Shown here: positions 54,617 through 64,000 of the stretch, one piece after another | How positions within the stretch are numbered: position 1 is the stretch's first letter | Layout of the letters: every line of letters begins with the position of its first letter | NCBI RefSeq assembly: GCF_964204865.1 | Contig: NC_135264.1 | Coordinates: forward strand, 11,780,001 to 11,844,000 | Direction: 5' to 3' | Source of the DNA: Styela clava | Taxonomy: Eukaryota | DNA: 64,000 bases | Translations under genes and position numbers: made by a program | The notes under the pieces: model-generated | What the model saw: only the letters and a program-made list of their open reading frames with translations | The model's database searches: none | Told to the model about the DNA's origin: nothing

Positions 54617-57559
54617 CTACTGGATGTTATAAGCATTGAGGTAGTGATTTTTTAATTCTTTTTTAAATGTATTATAGTTCTTAGAGCGTATGGTAACTGG
54701 AAGCATATTCCAAAGTTTTATACCAATGAACTTAATGGAATTTTGTGTGCGGCTAGATGAATAGCGAGTCATATAATATGAGCTATTGGCAGAAGACCGA
54801 GTTGCATGAGAGTGAATGACGCTTTGCTTAACAAAATAGCCGGAGAATGCAGCCGGCAGTTTTTTATTATGATGTTGGTGCATAATTTTCAGCACTTCAG
54901 TTTTATAAATATCTGCATTTTTAAGTATTTTCATCTTATAATAGTAGGATTCTAAATTGCATCGAGGTCCGGCGTGTGTAAGAGCACGGATTGCCCTGTT
55001 TTGCATGACTTCAATACGATGCAGTAACATTTTGCTTGCTGAACCCCAGGCCGCAATGCCATATTGGATATGGGACTGGAACAGAGCATAATAAACCATA
55101 CGTAAAGTTGACACTGAGGTGTATGATCGAAGTTTATACAACATTCCTACCGCCTTAGATAATTTAACGGTAATGTTGGATATGTGAATATCCCAGTTCA
55201 ATTTATTGTCAATATCGATACCAAGATATTTATACGATTCCACATTTTCCAGAATAGTCCCCCCAATTTGGATTTTTAAACCATCAATGCGTTTTGGTTT
55301 TTTAGGAGTTATCAACATAGTTTTTGATTTATCCACATTTAATGTTAGTTTGTTAAGTTCCATCCAATGAGCAACCTTTTGTATTTCAGTATTCACCCTG
55401 GATTGAAGCACAACATGAGACTTATCACTATCGAGAAGGTTTGTATCGTCAGCGAATAATTTGGAAAATAGAGTGGAGCTACGTGCAAGATCATTAATAT
55501 AAATTAAGAACAGAGCCGGACCCAAGGACGAACCCTGGGGAACCCCATGGGTCACAGGTAAGACAGAGGAGCAATATGTACCTATTTGAACATATTGAGT
55601 TCTACTTGTCAAATAACTAGTAAGGAGTTGATTTGCTACCCCCCTAATACCGTAATGCCACAACTTATACATTAAAATTTTGTGGTTGACAGTATCAAAA
55701 GCTTTTTTAAGGTCGAGAAATGTTGCACTGACATATTCTTTCCTCTCTAATTTATCATATATATGAGAAATAGTATCTAAGATGGCATGTGACGTGGAGT
55801 GATTGCTTTGAAAACCGAACTGTGATTTATTTATAACATCGTGCTTTGTAAAGAAGTCCATTAGCCTCCTGTAAATTAGACGTTCAAAAACCTTATCAAC
55901 AGCAGATAATATGGATATAGGTCTGTAATTTGAAATTTGTTTTGTATTACCAGATTTAAAGATTGGAATTACTCTGGCAATTTTCAGTGAAGATGGAAAT
56001 ATCCCCAATCGAAGTGAATTATTAAAAAACTCAGTTATACAAGGTGCTATGATGTCTGCCACATACTTAAGGAAACGACTGGGAATGTTGTCAGCGCCAA
56101 CCGCTTTACCCTCATTGAGGCATACTATTTCCATGGTCAGTTCATTCACTGTTGCAGGACTTAAGAATATGGATTGATTTACACGCTTGCTAAGAAATAT
56201 TTTAAAGCCATCCATATCATTGGAGAATTTAGTACCAAGGTTGGACCCAACAGTGGAAAAATATTTATTGAATTCTTGTGCAATCAAGGACTTATCTTTA
56301 ATGGTTCTGTCATTTTCCAAATCAATTTCATTAACACTTTTGGTTTTTTTATTTTTAGTAGATGCTATTTGATTAACAATTCGCCAAGTACACTTGGGGT
56401 TGCCTTTGTTTTGGGCAATCAATTTTTGAAAATACATTTGTTTAGCATCTTCAATGGCATGTGTTAGTGAATTGCGATATTTTTTATAGTATGAGGATTG
56501 AGAACTATTGCCGCATAAGTGGTGAGATTTGAACATTTTATGTCTTAAACAGATGCTGTCACTTAATTTTTTATTTATCCACGGTTTTTGCTTTATCTTT
56601 ATTTGTCGACGTGACAGTGGTCTCAATGGGGCATGGCGGTTGATTAGGCAAGCAATAGAATGCATAAATTCTGCAAATAGTCTATCAAAATTATGACAAT
56701 TCAAGTTTAACGCGACAAAGCGTTCATCAACTATGTGTAGTATATCTGACCGAAATTCATCGATAGAGAATGAAGACATATCCCTTGATAATATGACATC
56801 ATTTATAGTGGATGGTTTAATGCCTTTAAGACAGCACATTATGGGAAAATGATCAGTGATATCAGATGATATCACATATGAATTAACTTGCACATCTGTC
56901 ATGTTTGAATACATGTGGTCTATAAGAGTGGAAGAGCTACGTGTAACTCTAGTAGGCTTTGAAATGAGAGAAATAGCATTATAGGAAGTAAGCATATCAG
57001 AATAAGATGCAATTTGGGTGTTGGTATTTGATGCGAGTAAATTGATATTAAGATCTCCCACTATTATAAAATGTTTTTTAGATAATTTTGACATGCAGTT
57101 TTCAACAATGCTTGTAAATTCAGGAATATCACTTCTCGGATGTTTATAAATAATGCCAATGCTCATATTATTGAATACATTTGTTAGGCTAATTTCGAAC
57201 CATAAGTCTTCAGAATTTGGATAATTGAGTTGATAGTCACTAACTTCACAATAAGTAATGTCGTTTCTGATGAAGGCACCCACACCCCCTGCTTTTGAAG
57301 CAGAAGGGGTATGAATGAATCTGTATCCATCAATGCTTATATTGGAGGAGTGACTATTACCGGTATGTAATTTTGTTTCACTAATTGCTATTATATGAGG
57401 GGGAATAGTGAATTTTGACAACAGTTCAATTAATGGGTCAATATTTTTTTGAATTGATCGAATGTTGATGTGAATAATTGTTAAATCAATATCAACTGGA
57501 ATATCATTCAAATTTGAAACTTCTATGTTGTCACATAGACAATTAGAAATATTAGCCAT
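54617..57559 (-). CDS. LINE ORF2: APE endonuclease + reverse transcriptase, 980 aa
   Basis: HINIRSI, ISETKL, GGVG, VGDLNINL, LIDH, ITDHFP endonuclease motifs; NYRPISIL, DLKKAFDTV, GVPQGSSLGP, LFADD RT motifs. Confidence 0.96.
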   Translation of the reverse strand: MANISNCLCDNIEVSNLNDIPVDIDLTIIHINIRSIQKNIDPLIELLSKFTIPPHIIAISETKLHTGNSHSSNISIDGYRFIHTPSASKAGGVGAFIRNDITYCEVSDYQLNYPNSEDLWFEISLTNVFNNMSIGIIYKHPRSDIPEFTSIVENCMSKLSKKHFIIVGDLNINLLASNTNTQIASYSDMLTSYNAISLISKPTRVTRSSSTLIDHMYSNMTDVQVNSYVISSDITDHFPIMCCLKGIKPSTINDVILSRDMSSFSIDEFRSDILHIVDERFVALNLNCHNFDRLFAEFMHSIACLINRHAPLRPLSRRQIKIKQKPWINKKLSDSICLRHKMFKSHHLCGNSSQSSYYKKYRNSLTHAIEDAKQMYFQKLIAQNKGNPKCTWRIVNQIASTKNKKTKSVNEIDLENDRTIKDKSLIAQEFNKYFSTVGSNLGTKFSNDMDGFKIFLSKRVNQSIFLSPATVNELTMEIVCLNEGKAVGADNIPSRFLKYVADIIAPCITEFFNNSLRLGIFPSSLKIARVIPIFKSGNTKQISNYRPISILSAVDKVFERLIYRRLMDFFTKHDVINKSQFGFQSNHSTSHAILDTISHIYDKLERKEYVSATFLDLKKAFDTVNHKILMYKLWHYGIRGVANQLLTSYLTSRTQYVQIGTYCSSVLPVTHGVPQGSSLGPALFLIYINDLARSSTLFSKLFADDTNLLDSDKSHVVLQSRVNTEIQKVAHWMELNKLTLNVDKSKTMLITPKKPKRIDGLKIQIGGTILENVESYKYLGIDIDNKLNWDIHISNITVKLSKAVGMLYKLRSYTSVSTLRMVYYALFQSHIQYGIAAWGSASKMLLHRIEVMQNRAIRALTHAGPRCNLESYYYKMKILKNADIYKTEVLKIMHQHHNKKLPAAFSGYFVKQSVIHSHATRSSANSSYYMTRYSSSRTQNSIKFIGIKLWNMLPVTIRSKNYNTFKKELKNHYLNAYNIQ

Positions 57560-57646
57560 TTATCTTAGGGAGAATATGAAAAATGGATATATACACACTT
57601 GATAATATTAAAAGTTAATAAATAGACATGAATATCATATAATAAC

Positions 57647-58639
57647 CTACTTTATTAAAAGCAGATCATCTTCAGTGATTATGGGGATGGTAGCAGTATC
57701 CAGGTTCTTTTTGATAAGAACTCTTCCATTATTTGTCCATAAAAATTTATATCCACAAGCACGCTTTAAATCCCTGGCTTTAAAAAATAGGTCTTTATTG
57801 GTATCCGAAAGATTTTCGATGACAAATACTTTGGTTGACCTGGAGATTTTTGGAAAAACTGTTGAAATGTCAAGTGATTTGATTTTGCTCCGATTCTTTA
57901 TTATTCGGTCTCTCGTTTTTCTATTGATAAATTTGGCAATTATTGGTGATGGTTTTTTTTTATTATTTTTTGATAATCTATGGCAGTTTGAGATGTCGAA
58001 TGATTGTATGGGGACATCAATTTTTTTACACAAGTCGGTAATCAGATTTTCACAGTTTTCACCGGTTGAGAATGGTATGTTGTGGAATTCCAGGTTATCA
58101 AGTCTGGAGCGACGTTCATGGTCTTGCTGTCGCTCTGTTAAAATGTCAATTTCCTCCTCTAGTTCTTGTACTAGATTTTCTAGGTCAGCCACTCTTTTTT
58201 TTGTTTTGATTGCTAATTTTTTGAGCTCACTTTGGCTGGAACAAAGCTCATCAAACTTTTTTGACATGAAGTGCTGGCTCTCTTTTATTTCATGAATCTC
58301 ATTTTTGATTTGACCGAAGGATGTTACTTCTGTTTTGATCTCGTTTATAGAGTCTTTCAAAGATGTTAAAGATTCTTCTAAGCATGCACTGTTGGTGATG
58401 GCATGTGTCGAGTCAAAAGTAGATCTTTCTAGATGTTTCTCAATATGTTGTTCAATGATGGCAGGTATCTCGATGCGTAAAGTCTTAAGGACTGTACTTT
58501 CGAGAACAGACACCAAATTTGTAACGTCGTCTAACTCAATAGTGTTGGTCATTGTTGCAGCAGTACGCATAGGTTGATTGCTTGGACTCTTTCTTCTGGG
58601 TGGTGGAGAAGGAGCGCTGGGTTTGCTAGGTGTATCCAT
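57647..58639 (-). CDS. LINE ORF1: coiled coil + L1-type RRM + C-terminal domain, 330 aa
   Basis: Heptad region then ERRSRLDNLEFHNIP, DISNCHRL, PIIAKF, VIENLS, YKFLWTNNGRVLIKK. Confidence 0.92.
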   Translation of the reverse strand: MDTPSKPSAPSPPPRRKSPSNQPMRTAATMTNTIELDDVTNLVSVLESTVLKTLRIEIPAIIEQHIEKHLERSTFDSTHAITNSACLEESLTSLKDSINEIKTEVTSFGQIKNEIHEIKESQHFMSKKFDELCSSQSELKKLAIKTKKRVADLENLVQELEEEIDILTERQQDHERRSRLDNLEFHNIPFSTGENCENLITDLCKKIDVPIQSFDISNCHRLSKNNKKKPSPIIAKFINRKTRDRIIKNRSKIKSLDISTVFPKISRSTKVFVIENLSDTNKDLFFKARDLKRACGYKFLWTNNGRVLIKKNLDTATIPIITEDDLLLIK

Positions 58640-59309
58640 CTTCCTCTACAGCTGCAATTGGAGTTGACTGTCACAAATTCACAATTGATCCGAACATCGG
58701 TTCAGCATTACCAATATTATATTTTATTTATTTATCTATCATCTTAATCAAATAGCGAATGAATAGCAAAGTTTGGTATTCGCACTCGGGGTTTGCCTGT
58801 ATAGAAACAGGTTGTACTATATAGCAGTAGTAGTATAGGCCTCTACACTGACTCAAAATATAGACGATATAGAACAGCATTTTCATATTTATTCAGGGGA
58901 AAGAAAATCTTATATTGATATATATGTAATACGAGTCTGAACGTCCGCGAACCGGTCATCGTCAACCTTCCTGTCGGTCCGCCAAATATATTCCAATTGA
59001 AAAATGCAAGGCATTGATGGCCTTCCCATTTACACCTGATTTTCACCTTCTGTTGATGCCTAATTCAAACTTGGCCAGAGAGTTCTACCGTAGTAGTATA
59101 TATTTACGGTTCTACACACAACCCTCTATAGTTCTACGCCCATTTAAGCCCGGGACAGCAAATTTTTCATTGAATATTCTGCTTTTGAATTGCATACTTT
59201 TGTCGTAATTACATTCGTTTAAATATGTTTCGTATTTTTGACATTCTGGGTTGATTTTGGAGGTTCACCGATCCGCAGAATTAGTTTGGAAATTTAAAAA
59301 CATAACATA

Positions 59310-59323
59310 GGGGAATCCCCGTG
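59310..59323. promoter_or_regulatory. kappaB-like palindrome upstream of the GDPD gene
   Basis: GGGGAATCCCCGTG; identical 14-mer at 63790. Confidence 0.4.
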
Positions 59324-59647
59324 TTTTCTACTTTCTGAAATCCACTGCAGAGTGCAGACTGCAGGTGATGTAACAAAGAACTCAATTTCTTTTCGAAATT
59401 TGTAACTTACATGGTGTTTTTCATTTTATTTGTACCACTTCATATCTAACAGCCACTATCAGTGAATATGTGTGACACTCAGTTACTGGTACGACAGGGG
59501 ACAGCTAAATTTAGCACTTACGGTAGGTAACCATTTTTATGTTTAACAATACAATATTATGCATGTTTCTGTTGTTTAGTCGGTTAATTATGTGACGTAA
59601 TAAAAAATATTTTTTCAGATGTGATGACATTGTTGACACAGAAAGTC

Positions 59648-61509
59648 ATGATTCTCTTTCTAATGATTTGTATTATTATTGGTCCTGTTGCTCCATTGGA
59701 ATCATGTGACAAGCGGCCTTTGATTATTGCACACAGAGGAAGTTGTGGTTTGTAAAAAGCTTTCAGTTTTGTTGTTATATTCAGTAATCTTCTCATATTA
59801 CAGGATAATATTTACCTGTAGGAAAGCTAAGATAGCATAACCATGTGGCTTACCACGGCCTTTCGTCCGGTTACCCGTCTATGTTGGGTATGGGATTAGT
59901 TAATCAGTTATTTGTTTTAGGTGCGTGAACGCGATGTTGGGAGAAGTCGTCACAGTTACATAAACCAACCTGCAATGAAGAGGAGTCTAGCAAGTCTCTC
60001 GCACATATTTATCTTCCCCTGCAGGGTAATTAAATAGTGCGATAATGCTTAGAATGATGTGTCATACCCCTTAATATTTTTAAATATTGTTTATTAAAAG
60101 GAATGCTTCCTGAACACACAAAAGAAGCTTATGAACTTGCTATTAAACAGGAAGCAGATGTTATCGAATGTGATGTTGCGGTCTCAAAAGTATGTAAAAT
60201 GGTTCTTCAAAGCAAATTTATATTTCTTATAGAATAAAATGCTCACTTGCCGGTAAATCAAAGACACAAGAATACAAAATATTTGTATTGTTTTTGATGA
60301 ATGCATTTCAATTAAGCCAGCATGATGTTTCAGCTATAACAATAGTTGTATTAGCATATGAAAAAAACCATGGCCCATAAATATTTCCTGAATTTGACAT
60401 TTTATGAAAGTTGGATAATATTTCTGTATGGCAAATAGGTCTTGTATTCCATATTTATATTTCTTTCTTTTTATAGGATCTCAGACTTCTCTGCACCCAT
60501 GAATCATGGCTAAATTTAACCACCAATGTTCACTTACGGCCAGAATTTCAAAACAGAAGTCGCACATATTTTGTTCCGGCACTTGGTGTCAATATCACAG
60601 ATTATTTCACAATTGATTTCACACTGGATGAACTATTGTCTTTGAAAAGGGTAAACAAGGGGAAATAACGTTATTGATTATATTGGTGCTCCGTACCTTA
60701 ACCTTTTGAAGTCGTTTTTTCTTGATGCGTAGCTATATAAATCAGCCTGGGCCCTTTATTTTTAGGTTCAAGTTGTTAAATTCAGAGATCAAGAAATGAA
60801 TGGTAAATATGGAATGGCGTCACTCAATGATTATATATCAATTGCAAAAAATCCACACAACGCCAAAACAATTTCAATTTATGTGGAAACCAAAAATCCT
60901 GATTTTTTCAACAATTTTTTACAAGAACACAAAACAAATATGGAAGATATGCTTCTGGAAGCATTATCACATCATGGGTATAAAGATTCAACATCACCAA
61001 GTTTTATAGAATCATTTAGCTTAAAAAGTTTAGAATATATGTCGAAACGCACCACAATTCCACTCGTGTTCTTGACCAAAGTACCATTGTCTAATGGAGA
61101 AATGGAAGAAGTTGCAAACTATGCGTCTGTGATTTGCCCCGAAAAATCTTTAATAGTTGAAGTAAATCCGAAGACAAATTTTGTCGAAAATGTTACAGAT
61201 TTCGTGAAGCGAGCTCGGCATTATGGATTGAAGGTGAGTCAATCAAGAGTTTTCTCGCCTTCTAACTTGGTCCTATTAACATTTTATATAAATTATTCGC
61301 AGGTCCACACATATGCACTCCGTAATGAATATCAGTTTCTTGCTTATGATTATGGAGCTGATCCATATCGTGAATACGAGGTGTTCATTTCAATGGGGTT
61401 AGATGGCATGTTCACAGACTTCCCCTGGTCTCTATCTAACTACCTGGAAATGAGAGACCAGAGTGCTACTACTCATCATAATGTTTTATCAAAGTTTGGA
61501 AGTTTATGA
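59648..61509 (+). CDS. Secreted glycerophosphodiester phosphodiesterase, GlpQ/plant GDPD6-like; exons 59648-59747, 60101-60189, 60477-60650, 60766-61233, 61303-61509
   Basis: Signal-peptide-like MILFLMICIIIGPVAP then RPLIIAHRGSCGMLPEHT, IECDV, CTHE, DFTLDEL, IYVETK, VHTYALRNE, GLDGMFTDFP. Confidence 0.9.
59816..60030 (-). mobile_element. SINE-like element in GDPD intron 1
   Basis: GC-richer block whose reverse complement is colinear with 7385-7570. Confidence 0.5.
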
Positions 61510-62177
61510 TAAACATCCAAAAATTTTCTATGTGAGGTCGATGTTACTCAAGCTTCTCAAATGCCCTATAACAGCAATACTAACTAAGTTGGAAGTTGAT
61601 TAAGCATGAAAGTTGAGTTATCATTGTATATGCCATTACTTTCAGGATCATTTTTATCTATATTTAATGTATGTTTAGACAAGTCATCATTAATTAGGAC
61701 TTCTCTATTTTGGGAGAAGAATGCTCCCAATATTTTTATGGAGTAATTTGATATCTCTACTGTAAGTAAATAAGGTTCTTCCGCACAAGCAGCTGCCAGT
61801 GGTGGGCAAGGAATTTTTTAAAATCTTTTTAACTGGCAATAAATACACATTCATGTATTAGGTTAGAGGAATCGAGATAGTTTTATTTTTTCTTCAATTT
61901 TAAGATGTAAAACATACAAATTATTCAAAATATGGCATCTATTATAGTGTGGCTTATGAAAAATCAATTCAAAAGATTTAAAAAAAAAAAAAATTTGATG
62001 TGATTGCAGGTTGAGTCTTGGGCTCGATGCATGATTGGGATAATGTGTAGCATCTGATGCTGGAAAAAACTGCAAATAAATCTCGAATTAAATTCAAAGA
62101 AGCGAAAGAACATTTAATGTTCTGTTGGCATAAAATTAGAGCCCATTTGTCTCGACTTTATTCATTCATTGCTAATG

Positions 62178-63635
62178 TCAGGCAGCAGTTTTTATAGATA
62201 TTTCCGCAAGATCTTGTACAGAGATAGCTAACCAGTATAACACGTAAACATTGGACACCATTGCTGCTAGGTTGAGTAAAGTACTCATTCCATGAATCTT
62301 TCCAAACTTCTTCTTGAGATCCCTGTATATGAGATTCTGGTCAAGCTTGTTCTTGTCTGAAAATATATGAATATGAGAGATCAGGATTAATACAAATTTA
62401 TTCTATGCTTTCAATACTAATAATATATATATATAGCAAACCATTTTCTTCTTTCTCCATTTTATGCTTCTTCATCATTATACTGGTTGAAACTGGTCCA
62501 AGCCAGAATTTATTCAATACGTTTGCCATAACAATCACAGCTACTGCACCGATCTATAAACAGGTACAGTATTGTGAGTAAACACTGCAGTTGTGTAGTT
62601 ATTAGACAAAGAACTATCGAATATTTTTAAAAATATGAAAGATATGCTTCTAAATGCATTATCACTACATGGATATAAAGATTCAATCATCACCAAGCTT
62701 CATAGAATCATTTAGCTTGGAAAGTTTGAAATATATGTCAAAACGCACCACAATTCCACTCGTATTCTTGATCAAAGCACCATTGAATATTTAATCGACT
62801 TCATCGAATTTGAATTAGAGATAGAATGTACTAATTTCTTACTAATGTCTCTTGGTCATACGTCAGTTTGTTTAGGCTTCTGATTTGAAAAATTGTTACT
62901 CCCAGCATAATGACTCCAGTTAATAATCCAATAGTGAAGTAAATCGGAAACAATTTGCTTTGAATCTGTCCAAAAGTATGGAGGTGAAGGTTTCGGTACA
63001 TCACAAGACCTGAAAATTGAACATTTAAGAGCTTGTCTAGAGGACATTTTTCTTATAATTGGATAATAAAAGCTTATATGTAATATATCACGTATTCTGT
63101 TAGACAATCATTAGCCATGTACACTTCAAATACCTAATAGTTCAACCATTAGTGTTGCCCTGCAAGAAATTCGCCATGTTTCGCAACACTATTACACACT
63201 GATGATTGCTTGATTGGCATTGATAAGTTTTAAAATTAAAAGCAGTAAGTCAACTGACCTGCAACAAATGACACCCAAAATGTCATGCCAAAGTTCATAG
63301 CAAAAGCTGCTATAAACAAAAGCCCTTGCAGGAAATGGTTGCCAAAAACAATATCAATGCTTCTTGTGGATGTGTTTTCTCCAGAATGCAACACTCCCTT
63401 CAGAAAATATGGTGATATAACCATTGCCAGCGACAAAACAATAATAAACCATATTCTTGCAAATCTAAAAATGAAGAAATTATTGAATACAACAGAAAAA
63501 ATTAAAATATTGTGCTTTAAAAAAACGGAAATAACAGGGTACAGGAATAATGCTGCCATACCACAAATAAAGAAATACGGTAGTTATGCAACACACTCAC
63601 CGCCTGAATAAACCATCAGAATCCGCGAATCCCAT
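62178..63635 (-). CDS. TMEM205: Transmembrane protein 205; exons 63635-63601, 63464-63259, 63009-62843, 62553-62442, 62356-62178
   Basis: [60 protein letters not shown] match TMEM205 family motifs; exon phases are consistent. Confidence 0.9.
62631..62785 (+). pseudogene. Duplicated fragment of GDPD exon 4 inside TMEM205 intron 3
   Basis: Colinear with 60936-61089, with substitutions and a 1-nt insertion. Confidence 0.9.
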
Positions 63636-63789
63636 TTCGACTTTTCTTGAACGCAAAAATCCAGGCAGTCTCAATATATATAATGGATGCACTGATCAGC
63701 TAAAGCAGCCAAACTCAAACTGTGTCGTGTAACTTTCGTGCACTTGGTCACGTAGCTCGAGATCTGATCAAGTCTGCAAACATTGGCAT

Positions 63790-63803
63790 GGGGAATCCCC
63801 GTG
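63790..63803. promoter_or_regulatory. kappaB-like palindrome upstream of TMEM205
   Basis: GGGGAATCCCCGTG about 155 bp upstream of the ATG. Confidence 0.4.
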
Positions 63804-64000
63804 GGGTTGATCGTGTTACAAGAGTCGGCAACGCGTGGGCCAGTTCCAAATAGGATTGGTTTTGAATATCCATAATTTTTACTATTCGGATAACAGATAT
63901 GTCCGCATATTAACAGGATAGTTACTTCTAATTGTTAGAGAATCGTGAAAGAATTGATCAAAAATTACGACACAGTTTCATTGTAAATATATTCACATAC

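Larger units (their letters stand above)
53937..58700 (-). mobile_element. Near full-length CR1/L2-group (Crack-like) LINE with two intact ORFs; 5' boundary uncertain
   Basis: ORF1 + 87-bp spacer + ORF2, about 680-bp 3' UTR, AATAAA and (TCTGAA)n tail. Confidence 0.93.

Noticed and set aside
57675-58577. Antisense ORFs (206 and 80 aa) over LINE ORF1
   Set aside because: Shadow ORFs of a real coding strand; no motifs
59850-59915. Hammerhead ribozyme on the minus strand (CTGATTA...GAAA)
   Set aside because: Core is CTGATTA not CTGANGA and I could not build stems I-III; better explained as SINE body

Overview
AT-rich, compact invertebrate animal genomic DNA with short GT-AG introns. An ascidian is my guess from gene compactness and repeat types; it is not proven. 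The first 12 kb holds three same-strand housekeeping genes: the 3' part of RIOK1, an intronless SRSF7/9G8-like SR protein, and TRAPPC12. From 12 to 51 kb is a tandem array of five 9-exon-type PTGR1 (prostaglandin reductase 1 / alkenal-one oxidoreductase) paralogues: one pseudogene and four apparently intact copies, embedded in nested hAT elements, MITEs and CR1/L2-group LINEs. The intact copies differ mainly in the two segments that line the substrate pocket, are mosaics of each other, and differ in whether they keep a consensus Nrf2 antioxidant-response element. This looks like a diversifying, stress-inducible enone/enal detoxification cluster (inference). At 54-58.7 kb is a LINE with both ORFs intact, and three divergent LINE copies share a covarying 3' RNA structure. 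The window ends with a secreted GlpQ-type glycerophosphodiesterase (+) and TMEM205 (-). Other oddities are a tandem repeat born from hAT transposase coding sequence and short TA-flanked footprint insertions. All coordinates and exon models were read by eye and may be off by a few bases.
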